In this document: positions 48,010 through 55,851 of the stretch, one piece after another
How positions within the stretch are numbered: position 1 is the first letter of the stretch
How the letters are laid out: every line of letters begins with the position of its first letter
From: an uncultured Alphaproteobacteria bacterium
GTDB lineage: Bacteria; Pseudomonadota; Alphaproteobacteria; Rs-D84; CACZYB01
Direction: 5' to 3'
Length of the DNA stretch: 64,000 bases
NCBI GenBank assembly: GCA_944392955.1
Contig: CALXYK010000004.1
Coordinates: 69,048 to 133,047, forward strand
Made by a program: the position numbers and the translations under genes
The notes under the pieces: generated by a model
The model's database searches: none
Seen by the model: only the letters and a program-made list of their open reading frames with translations
Told to the model about the DNA's origin: nothing

Positions 48010-49668
48010 ATGAAAAAAAGATTTTATATATTATTTTTTATATCTGTTGGTTTTTTAATAAATTCCAATGTTTTTTCAGCACCAAATCGCTCACAACGAT
48101 CCCGTTCTGCATCAACTTCTATCAATACTATTCGCGGGAATTACAATACTTCAACAAATACTTATACCGGAACTAAAACAACTACAACCACACAAACCAG
48201 TAATGATACTTTACAATGTGGTATTGCACCTGATGCGACAAACAATCTTGCAAAACGACAATGTGCAATTGCTATGGCCGAAGCGTTAAAGTTATATTGT
48301 GCTTCATATCCATGCAACAGCAAAATAAAGGTTGAACTATCTTTTAATTTTGCACTACCAAGTTTAGAAAAAATATCCTCTACAATAAATGGTGAAAGTT
48401 GTTCGGGTGCAAATCTTGATAAATTTTGTGCACCATTCCAAAGTTCTTTGATAAATAATCTTTGGGATTTATATTCTGAACAATCTATAAGAGATAGAAA
48501 AAACTGCGATATGGCAAAGGCAAAATATTCCGCAGCCCAAGATTGCTTTGCATATATACAATCTGCTAAAAACAATTCTGTCGGCAACAGATTTAGTAAA
48601 AGTAAAATCACCGAACTTGATAAAGAAATAGATAAACGATGCGGTAAAGAAGCAATCATAAATAAATATAAATCTATCAGTATTGATGATTGGACCGAAG
48701 AAGATGAAAATACATTCTTTAAAAACATAAGTTTCACTTCAAATGCAACAGGCGAACTTATAGACTCTTATCAAGGAGAAAAGCAATTATCTTCCACTGT
48801 TGCAAGTTTATTTGCAAATACAGGGGACAATACATGGAATTATGCCGGACAAATTGGAAGACTTTTTGATCTTAATTTCAGCACTAAATCTTCTACATAT
48901 CCAAGGGAGTTAGTCGTAATAGCAAACACATTTGTAACAGAAGGAGAAGCTGCTTGTGGTAAAGATTTTAAAGTTGATATGGAAACAACATCATTTGAAA
49001 TAAGTGATTCTCGCTCTGCACTTGAAAAACAAATTGCAAAGAAAGGTATATTAAAAGGATTGTTTGATTTTGGTATAGATAATACCGTTGGTGCAATAAG
49101 CGAGGATAAGGCTCAAAGTTGGAAAGAAAAAGGTATCCTCGGCAAAGTTTCAGAAAGCAAAGATAAAAAAACGGCAGAACAACTTGATAAAATTTTATCA
49201 AAATTACAAATTCTTTCAACAAATTGTAATACATCTGCTGGTAATTTTGAACAAATAACAACAGAAATAAAATTTATATTAAACGAATTAAAAACAATAA
49301 TAGGAAACACAGATAGATTTGAAGCAAACAAAGAAAAAATAAGAGAAGTTTTAGATACTATATTAACATTCAAAAGGGATCCTAACGAAGAAATAACAAT
49401 AACTTCTAATACCCAGGCTGAATTTAACTTAACAATATTAAAGTTAGAAACTTTAAGATTTACATGTCCAAATGGCGACTTTAATACAACTGAACAAGAA
49501 ACTATCCAGTATGAATTTAGTTATGATACTTCTGCTCCTAATGTAATAAATACCATACTAAATTCTTTAAAGGAAAGTGTAATATTTACAGGAACATTGA
49601 TATATTCTGATTATGAAAATGGTGAAGAAATCAAACAAATATTAGCACCACTAAATGATATAAAATAA
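48010..49668 (+). CDS. Secreted protein, paralog family member C
   Basis: The signal peptide is ...INSNVFSA|PNRSQRSRSASTSINTIRGN. The blocks KRQCAIAMAEALKLYCAS, NNLWDLYSEQSIRDRKNCDMAKAKYSAAQDCFAYIQSAKN and YPRELVVIANTFVTEGEAACGKDF...LEKQIAKKGILKG align with A and B. Confidence 0.7.
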   Translation: MKKRFYILFFISVGFLINSNVFSAPNRSQRSRSASTSINTIRGNYNTSTNTYTGTKTTTTTQTSNDTLQCGIAPDATNNLAKRQCAIAMAEALKLYCASYPCNSKIKVELSFNFALPSLEKISSTINGESCSGANLDKFCAPFQSSLINNLWDLYSEQSIRDRKNCDMAKAKYSAAQDCFAYIQSAKNNSVGNRFSKSKITELDKEIDKRCGKEAIINKYKSISIDDWTEEDENTFFKNISFTSNATGELIDSYQGEKQLSSTVASLFANTGDNTWNYAGQIGRLFDLNFSTKSSTYPRELVVIANTFVTEGEAACGKDFKVDMETTSFEISDSRSALEKQIAKKGILKGLFDFGIDNTVGAISEDKAQSWKEKGILGKVSESKDKKTAEQLDKILSKLQILSTNCNTSAGNFEQITTEIKFILNELKTIIGNTDRFEANKEKIREVLDTILTFKRDPNEEITITSNTQAEFNLTILKLETLRFTCPNGDFNTTEQETIQYEFSYDTSAPNVINTILNSLKESVIFTGTLIYSDYENGEEIKQILAPLNDIK

Positions 49669-49727
49669 TGTTTGCAAAAAAGGAAATTTAACATATAATT
49701 ACTAAAAATAAATACAAGGAATAGTAA

Positions 49728-50978
49728 ATGAACGAAGATTCAAAAAATATAAAATATTGTTCTTTTTGTGGTAAATCACAACACGAAGCAAAAAAATTAA
49801 TTGCCGGTCCAAATGTTTTTATTTGCGATTCGTGTATAAATCTTTGTATGAATATAATAAAAGAGGAAAATAAAAAAACTATTTCTGAAAGTGCATCTAA
49901 TAACCCTACACCATTGGAAATGCTTGAACATCTTGATGATTATGTAATAGGTCAGCGAAAGGCAAAAAAGGTTTTATCTGTTGCCGTTTACAATCATTAC
50001 AAACGCCTTTACAATAGCGAAGTTAAAAACGATGTTGAAATACAAAAATCAAACATATTACTAATAGGTCCAACAGGAAGCGGAAAAACCTTACTTGCAA
50101 GTACTTTGGCAAAGGTTTTAGATGTTCCTTTTACTATCGCAGATGCAACAACATTAACCGAGGCAGGTTATGTAGGTGAAGATGTTGAAAATATTCTAGT
50201 TCGTCTTCTTCAAGCAACAAACTATGATATAGAAAAAGCACAAAAGGGTATCGTTTACATAGATGAAATTGATAAAATTTCACGAAAATCTGATAACCCT
50301 TCTTTAACAAGGGATGTAAGTGGTGAAGGTGTTCAACAGGCTCTTTTAAAACTAATAGAAGGTGCCGTTATATCAGTTCCTCCACAAGGTGGAAGAAAAC
50401 ACCCACAACAGGAGTTTATACAATTTGATACATCAAATGTTCTATTTATTTGTGGTGGTGCATTTGAAGGAATTGATAAAATAATAGAACGAAGAACAGA
50501 AAAAACTTCTATGGGATTCGGTGCTACAATTGCATCTAAACAGGAAAGAAATGTTTCTGCCCTACTTTCAAAAATAGAACCCGAAGACATAATAAAATTC
50601 GGAATAATACCTGAAATGATGGGACGAATGCCTATAATAGTAACATTGGACGAATTAAATCAAGAAGCATTATGCTCCATATTAACAGAACCTAAAAATG
50701 CACTTGTAAAACAATATAAGGCATTGTTTGCAATGGAAAATGTTGAACTTGAATTCACAGATGATAGTTTAGAAGCCATCGCTCAAAAGGCAATAAAACG
50801 AAAAACCGGAGCCAGGGGCCTTCGCTCAATAATAGAAGAGTTGCTATTAGATACTATGTTTGAACTTCCAAACAATAAAAACATAGAAAAGGTAGTAGTT
50901 AATAAAGAAATTGTTGAAAAAGAAAAAAATCCTATTATAATCCTCCAAGATAAAAAAAAGGAGAAAAAAATAATTTAA
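49728..50978 (+). CDS. clpX: ATP-dependent Clp protease ATP-binding subunit ClpX
   Basis: An N-terminal C4 zinc finger (CSFCGKS...CDSC), Walker A GPTGSGKT, Walker [10 protein letters not shown] and the pore loop GYVG are present. Confidence 0.9.
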   Translation: MNEDSKNIKYCSFCGKSQHEAKKLIAGPNVFICDSCINLCMNIIKEENKKTISESASNNPTPLEMLEHLDDYVIGQRKAKKVLSVAVYNHYKRLYNSEVKNDVEIQKSNILLIGPTGSGKTLLASTLAKVLDVPFTIADATTLTEAGYVGEDVENILVRLLQATNYDIEKAQKGIVYIDEIDKISRKSDNPSLTRDVSGEGVQQALLKLIEGAVISVPPQGGRKHPQQEFIQFDTSNVLFICGGAFEGIDKIIERRTEKTSMGFGATIASKQERNVSALLSKIEPEDIIKFGIIPEMMGRMPIIVTLDELNQEALCSILTEPKNALVKQYKALFAMENVELEFTDDSLEAIAQKAIKRKTGARGLRSIIEELLLDTMFELPNNKNIEKVVVNKEIVEKEKNPIIILQDKKKEKKII

Positions 50979-50987
50979 AAATTTTTT

Positions 50988-51017
50988 AAACCTACATTTT
51001 ATGTAGGTATTTTTTTG
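50988..51017 (+). terminator. Rho-independent terminator after clpX
   Basis: AAACCTACAT-ttt-ATGTAGGTATTTTTTTG. Confidence 0.6.
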
Positions 51018-51036
51018 AAATAAAAAAGGAAAGAAA

Positions 51037-51726
51037 ATGTCAAATAAAAATATAATAGCTATAGATGGACCAGCCGGTGCTGGCAAGGGAACCCTAACAA
51101 AAAAACTTTGTGATTATTATGGTTTTACAGGACTAGATACTGGCAGTTTATACAGGGCTATCACATTATATATGATAGAAAAAAATTATGACATGGATTC
51201 ATTGGATATAACTAAGGCAATAAATGCAACAAAATTTATCTCTGATAATCATGAAATATTGGAATATGCTAAAAATCCAAAGATTCGTTCTCAATTAACA
51301 AACAAATATGTTGCCTCTGTCGCAAAGATTCCAGAAATTCGCCAAATAATGAAACAATATCAAATAGAATTCGGCAACAACCCACCTAATCTTCCTGATG
51401 GGTCAAAGGCCAAAGGTGCAATAATAGAAGGAAGAGATATAGGAACGGTTATTTGCCCAAATGCTCCTGTTAAATTTTTCATAACTGCAAAACCTGAAAC
51501 TCGTGCCAGTCGTAGATTAAAGGAATACTTGGATCAAGGAGAAAGTGCAAGTTATCAGGAAGTTTTAGCATCAATTATTGCAAGGGACGAAGCCGATAGA
51601 ACCAGAGCAACCAGCCCTATGAAACAGGCCGAAGATGCAATACTAATAGATACCTCAGAAAATAACAAAGAGGCAACCTTTGAAATAGCAAAAAAAATTA
51701 TTGATGAAAGACTAACAATAATATAA
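51037..51726 (+). CDS. cmk: Cytidylate kinase
   Basis: P-loop IAIDGPAGAGKGT. The NMP-binding and lid regions (GRDIGTV) are present. It shows the canonical cmk-rpsA adjacency. Confidence 0.85.
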   Translation: MSNKNIIAIDGPAGAGKGTLTKKLCDYYGFTGLDTGSLYRAITLYMIEKNYDMDSLDITKAINATKFISDNHEILEYAKNPKIRSQLTNKYVASVAKIPEIRQIMKQYQIEFGNNPPNLPDGSKAKGAIIEGRDIGTVICPNAPVKFFITAKPETRASRRLKEYLDQGESASYQEVLASIIARDEADRTRATSPMKQAEDAILIDTSENNKEATFEIAKKIIDERLTII

Positions 51727-51888
51727 TTGCTATAATAAAATAAACTTGACATACAGTAAGATTTATACTAAAATTCCCATACTTTTTACAAAGGCAATAT
51801 ACATAAGGGTATGCTGTGTATATTGTTATTATTAACCATACAAGTCCGAAACTTTCACAAAAGTTAAGGCCAACATCTAAAAAAAATC

Positions 51889-53598
51889 ATGATAAAAAAA
51901 ACAATTTTTGATACAGATGCAGAATTATACTCAACTGGCGAAAATTTCGCTGAATTATTTAACTCTATGTATAACAATTCTTCTAAGTTAGAAGGTTACG
52001 TTACAAAAGGAACAATCGTAGACATTAAAAAGGATTTCGTAATAGTAAACGTTGGACTAAAATCCGAAGGTCATATAGACATAAGGGAATTTAGAAACGA
52101 CGAAATCAAAGTCGGTGATATAGTCGATGTTTATGTAGAACGCTACGAAGGCAAAGATGGTCTTCTTATCGCATCAAGAGAAAAAGCAAGAAAAGAAGAA
52201 ACATGGAAAGAAATTGAAAAGCAAGTAGCCGAAAACAAAATAGTAACCGGACAAATAACAGACAGAGTCCGTGGCGGTTTCACCGTAGATTTAAACGGCA
52301 TACCTGCATTTATGCCATCTTCTCAACTAGATATAAATCCAATCAAAGATATTTCATCACTTATGAATAAACCAATGGAATTCAAAATTATTAAAATGGA
52401 TAAACTAAGATCTAATTTAATAGTTTCTCATAGGGCTATTTTAGAAGGTGATAGAGCAGAAAAAAGAGACGAAATAATAAAGAATATAAAGATAGGCGAC
52501 ACAATGGAAGGTATTATAAAAAATATAACCGATTACGGTGTATTTATAGACCTTGGCGGTGTAGACGGCCTTCTTCATATAACAGATATTTCATGGAAAC
52601 GAGTATCAAATCCAAATGAATTATTCCAAATCGGTCAAAAAATAACTGTAAAAGTTATCAACTTTGATAAAGATTCAGGCAGAGTTTCACTTGGAATGAA
52701 ACAACTTGAAAACGATCCATGGGAAAACATTGATAAATTTGAAGTAAACAAAATCTATAAGGGAACCGTTACAAACCTAACCGATTATGGTGCATTTATA
52801 GATTTAGAAGATGGTATAGAAGGACTTGTCCACGTATCAGAAATCAGTTGGACAAAGAAAAATATCCACCCATCAAAAGTAATTTCCACAGGTGATGTTG
52901 TTGATGTAATGGTTTTGGAAATAGACAGGGAAAAACGTCGTATTTCACTTGGCATAAAACAATGTACACCAAATCCATGGAAGGAATTCGCAGAAACCCA
53001 CAAGGTAGGTGATACAATAGAAGGCGAAATCAAAAACATTACCGAATTTGGTATTTTTGTAAGCCTTGGCAACGATCTTGACGGCATGGTTCACCTATCT
53101 GATATAGATTGGGATAAAAATCCAGAAGAAGCCGTAAAGGATTATTCAAAAGGCATGATGGTAAAGGCAAAAATCCTTGAAATAGATGCCGATAAGGAAA
53201 GAATTTCCCTTGGAATCAAACAATTAAAAGAAGACAGAGTTGCTTCTTCCCTTGACAAAGTTAAAAAGGGAGAAATTGTTACATGTGTTGTAAAGGAAAT
53301 AAAAGAAGATGGAATTTCTGTTGATGTAAATGGATTGACTGGCTTCATTAAAACAAACGATCTTTCAAAAATTAAATCAGAACAAAAACCAGAAAGATTC
53401 GCAGTTGATGAAAAGGTTGATGCAAAAATTACAAACATTGATACAAAAACAATGCAACTTACATTATCTATAAAGGCTTACGAAGTAGAAGAAGAAAAAA
53501 AGATAATGAAAGAATATGGCTCAACTGACACCGGTGCTCTACTTGGTGACATCTTGGGCGCAAGTATCAAAGAAGCAGAAAAAAAATCAAAAAAATAA
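51889..53598 (+). CDS. rpsA: 30S ribosomal protein S1
   Basis: A 569-aa protein with six S1/OB repeats carrying the recurrent G-x-V/I-x-x-I/V-x-x-F/Y-G-x-F-V motif (e.g. GTVTNLTDYGAFIDL, GEIKNITEFGIFVSL). Confidence 0.9.
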   Translation: MIKKTIFDTDAELYSTGENFAELFNSMYNNSSKLEGYVTKGTIVDIKKDFVIVNVGLKSEGHIDIREFRNDEIKVGDIVDVYVERYEGKDGLLIASREKARKEETWKEIEKQVAENKIVTGQITDRVRGGFTVDLNGIPAFMPSSQLDINPIKDISSLMNKPMEFKIIKMDKLRSNLIVSHRAILEGDRAEKRDEIIKNIKIGDTMEGIIKNITDYGVFIDLGGVDGLLHITDISWKRVSNPNELFQIGQKITVKVINFDKDSGRVSLGMKQLENDPWENIDKFEVNKIYKGTVTNLTDYGAFIDLEDGIEGLVHVSEISWTKKNIHPSKVISTGDVVDVMVLEIDREKRRISLGIKQCTPNPWKEFAETHKVGDTIEGEIKNITEFGIFVSLGNDLDGMVHLSDIDWDKNPEEAVKDYSKGMMVKAKILEIDADKERISLGIKQLKEDRVASSLDKVKKGEIVTCVVKEIKEDGISVDVNGLTGFIKTNDLSKIKSEQKPERFAVDEKVDAKITNIDTKTMQLTLSIKAYEVEEEKKIMKEYGSTDTGALLGDILGASIKEAEKKSKK

Positions 53599-53613
53599 AC
53601 TCTGCAATATAAC

Positions 53614-53648
53614 AAAAAAAGACTCCGTTTAATACGGAGTTTTTTTAT
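53614..53648 (+). terminator. Rho-independent terminator after rpsA
   Basis: AAAAAAAGACTCCGT-ttaat-ACGGAGTTTTTTTATT. Confidence 0.7.
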
Positions 53649-54023
53649 TGCTTGATTTATAAAAAATAATATCTTAATATAAAAACAAGACATAAATATT
53701 TTATGTTTAGTACCAGAGATGGTGCGGGCCGTGACAAGCCTTTTGAAAACGAACGGTGTTGAATAGTAGCATCGTAAGTTGCTATTTTTTTATACCCAAA
53801 CGAACGGTATAATTATAAGGCAACGATTTATTCCTCAACTTTGTGGTTGGGGAGCCATAGTGATACAACAGGAATAATTTCTTTTATTCTAAAAACTATG
53901 GGATCATCAGTTCGTTTTATGATTTGTCAACTCGCCCAACCTTACTCTCAAATCTAAATATAAAATCATATGTCCGTTAATACGGGTAAGTATTACGCAT
54001 ATGCTTACCCACCCCAATAAACA

Positions 54024-54109
54024 AAAGGGTGAAGGTTTTCATGGCTTCTTCACCCTCCCGAAACAAAGGGGTGAAGGTTTTCATGGCTTCTTCACCCTCC
54101 CAAACAAAG
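54024..54109 (+). repeat. Tandem direct repeat (2 x ~42 bp), each unit containing an 8-bp-stem hairpin (GGGTGAAG-N10-CTTCACCC)
   Basis: AAAGGGTGAAGGTTTTCATGGCTTCTTCACCCTCCCGAAACA is followed by a near-identical copy. The pair lies immediately upstream of the SD/ATG of the first Cys-rich gene at 54132. Confidence 0.6.
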
Positions 54110-54131
54110 GGGAATAACAGGAGAGAAAATT

Positions 54132-54521
54132 ATGAAAAAAACACTACTTTTACTTTTAATAATAACATATGCAACCCCATCATATGCACTAACACTACAA
54201 ACATTAAAAGATACTCTTGAAAAATATTGTGTTCCTAATACCGCCACTTGCTTAGATCCGAAATTACAGGCGGATTATACAAACGGCAAATGTGTATGTA
54301 AAGAAGATGGTCGCTATTGGAACAAAGAAGACAGAGCCTGCGAAGAATGCACCGGACCAACAATAGTAAATGAAGAAGGTGACGGCTGTAAACCAATCAA
54401 ATGCCCTGATGGTTATGCAATAATTTTAATAACAGATGGAAATTGCCCTTCTGGATATTATCTAGCACAAATACAAAACGGAAATTGTCCTGCGGGCTAT
54501 GAACTTTGGAGTTATAAATAA
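54132..54521 (+). CDS. Small secreted Cys-rich protein (129 aa) with CPxGY-type repeats
   Basis: An SD (AACAGGAGAG) precedes the ATG. The signal peptide is LLLLLIITYATPSYA|LTLQ. There are 12 Cys, including KCPDGYAIILITDGNCPSGYYLAQIQNGNCPAGYELW. Confidence 0.6.
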   Translation: MKKTLLLLLIITYATPSYALTLQTLKDTLEKYCVPNTATCLDPKLQADYTNGKCVCKEDGRYWNKEDRACEECTGPTIVNEEGDGCKPIKCPDGYAIILITDGNCPSGYYLAQIQNGNCPAGYELWSYK

Positions 54522-54540
54522 AAAAGAAAGAGAGGAAAAC

Positions 54541-55419
54541 ATGAAACTAAAACATTCACTTTTGATATGTATAAGCGGTGGAATTGCCATCACATCACAA
54601 ACACTTAATGCACAAACATTTTACCAATGTATCCAATGCAAAAGCGGAACCTATGCCACAAGCACAGGTTGCGAACCTTGTCCAAAGGGATATTATTGCA
54701 CAGACGGAATAAAAACTGCCTGCCCTGAATTTCAGACCACTTCTAGCACAGGAAATTCAAGTAGTAGTGCTTGCCATATTCAAGAAGTAAAAATTTATGG
54801 TAAAAGTGTAACATCTGGGGTAATATCAACTCAATATGAGACTATTCCTGTAAACCATAGTGCATTCACTTGTGACAAAAACAGTTTTCCTAAATTATTT
54901 GGAACTGGTGGACTTACTCCAAGTATAAGTGGATGTGTGGTAAGTATTTTAGGACATTATACATATGATATAGGTAAATATGGCAATGGACAATATTACA
55001 ACATAGTTTGTGATGGAATACCATGTAATGAATATCATGTAGAAAAAGTAAATACCTGCTCAGCTGGATACTATATACCTTCTGGCTCAACATCGTGTCA
55101 ACCATGTGGTTATGGATACTATTGCTCTGGCGGAAAAAGAACCGGTTGTCCTGTTAATAAAACAACAACTACTACAACAGCATCAAGTTCAAGTGCTTGC
55201 ATAGATCAATATTGGGGTTTCAGATACAAAACTAGTTCTGGAACTTCAACATTAAAATATAAAATTGAACAAGTAGGTTATTGCCCTATACAAAGTGGTT
55301 GTACCTTCATTGATGCAACAGGGGCAATAGGAGGAGGAGCTGGAGGAACTTACATGGGATTATGTTCAACTAGTGGACCTTGTTCTCACCCTACTATAAT
55401 CAAATACACACCACAGTAA
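54541..55419 (+). CDS. Secreted Cys-rich repeat protein (about 292 aa) with eukaryote-like C-x-P-C-x-x-G-Y-Y-C repeats
   Basis: The ATG at 54541 follows the SD AAAGAGAGGAAAAC. The ORF-track start at 54499 overlaps the upstream gene. The signal peptide is ...ITSQTLNA|QTF. Repeats include CIQCKSGTYATSTGCEPCPKGYYCTDGIKTACPEF and CSAGYYIPSGSTSCQPCGYGYYCSGGKRTGCPVNKTT. Poly-Thr/Ser linkers (TTTTTTASSSSAC) are present. Confidence 0.6.
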   Translation: MKLKHSLLICISGGIAITSQTLNAQTFYQCIQCKSGTYATSTGCEPCPKGYYCTDGIKTACPEFQTTSSTGNSSSSACHIQEVKIYGKSVTSGVISTQYETIPVNHSAFTCDKNSFPKLFGTGGLTPSISGCVVSILGHYTYDIGKYGNGQYYNIVCDGIPCNEYHVEKVNTCSAGYYIPSGSTSCQPCGYGYYCSGGKRTGCPVNKTTTTTTASSSSACIDQYWGFRYKTSSGTSTLKYKIEQVGYCPIQSGCTFIDATGAIGGGAGGTYMGLCSTSGPCSHPTIIKYTPQ

Positions 55420-55472
55420 AAATAAAAATACCCCCAGAAGGTTATCTGGGGGTAAAAATTTCACAAAATTTA

Positions 55473-55715
55473 TTAAACATTCAATGCAGCACGATAACGT
55501 TCTGTCATTTCATCAAGTTCTGTTCTATCTGCTTCGTCCAATTTCTTTAATCTTAACACAACTTTCATAATTTTTGGATCATAACCGAAATCCTTTGCCT
55601 CTGCATATATTTCGCGAATATCACTACGGATATTTGCCATTTCTTCTTCTAATCTTTCGATTCTATCCATAAAACTTGTTAATTGTTCTGCTTGAATTCC
55701 ATCTGTCTTTGGCAT
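55473..55715 (-). CDS. gapR: GapR-like nucleoid-associated protein (DUF2312)
   Basis: An 80-aa protein. The core [48 protein letters not shown] matches the conserved alphaproteobacterial GapR core (…[32 protein letters not shown]…). Confidence 0.7.
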   Translation of the reverse strand: [80 protein letters not shown]

Positions 55716-55851
55716 TTGATTCTCCTTTTTTAAAAAGTTAATAAAAATAAGTTGTAAAACTTAAAATATAATGTATTATATTAGCCATAAAATTACTTAA
55801 CTACAAGTAAAAAAATAAAAAAAATAATAACATAAATGAAAAGGAAAAAAA

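Noticed and set aside
52785-53438. Antisense ORFs inside rpsA (100 aa and 98 aa). Similar shadow ORFs lie inside uvrC (9089-9521), ffh (18645-19199), pgm (20021-20551), autotransporter-adjacent genes, spoT, recN, pepA, rpoD, clpX and pyk.
   Set aside because: They lie entirely within strongly supported conserved genes on the opposite strand and have low-complexity composition, so they are typical shadow ORFs.
53649-54131. Possible tmRNA (ssrA), SRP RNA or RNase P RNA in the large intergenic region after rpsA
   Set aside because: There is no tRNA-like T-loop (GGTTCGA...CCA), no tag-peptide ORF ending in ...AA-stop, no 4.5S GGAAGCAGCC motif and no RNase P P4 consensus. The only in-frame peptide I could read (GNDLFLNFVVGEP*) does not resemble a degradation tag. 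I keep it as an unassigned structured region rather than calling an RNA gene.
54029-54220. 63-aa ORF MKVFMASSPSRNKGVKVFMASSPSQTKG...
   Set aside because: The reading frame is generated by the tandem 42-bp hairpin repeat (the duplicated peptide mirrors the duplicated DNA). It runs into the downstream Cys-rich gene in another frame and has no SD. I treat it as a non-coding repeat.
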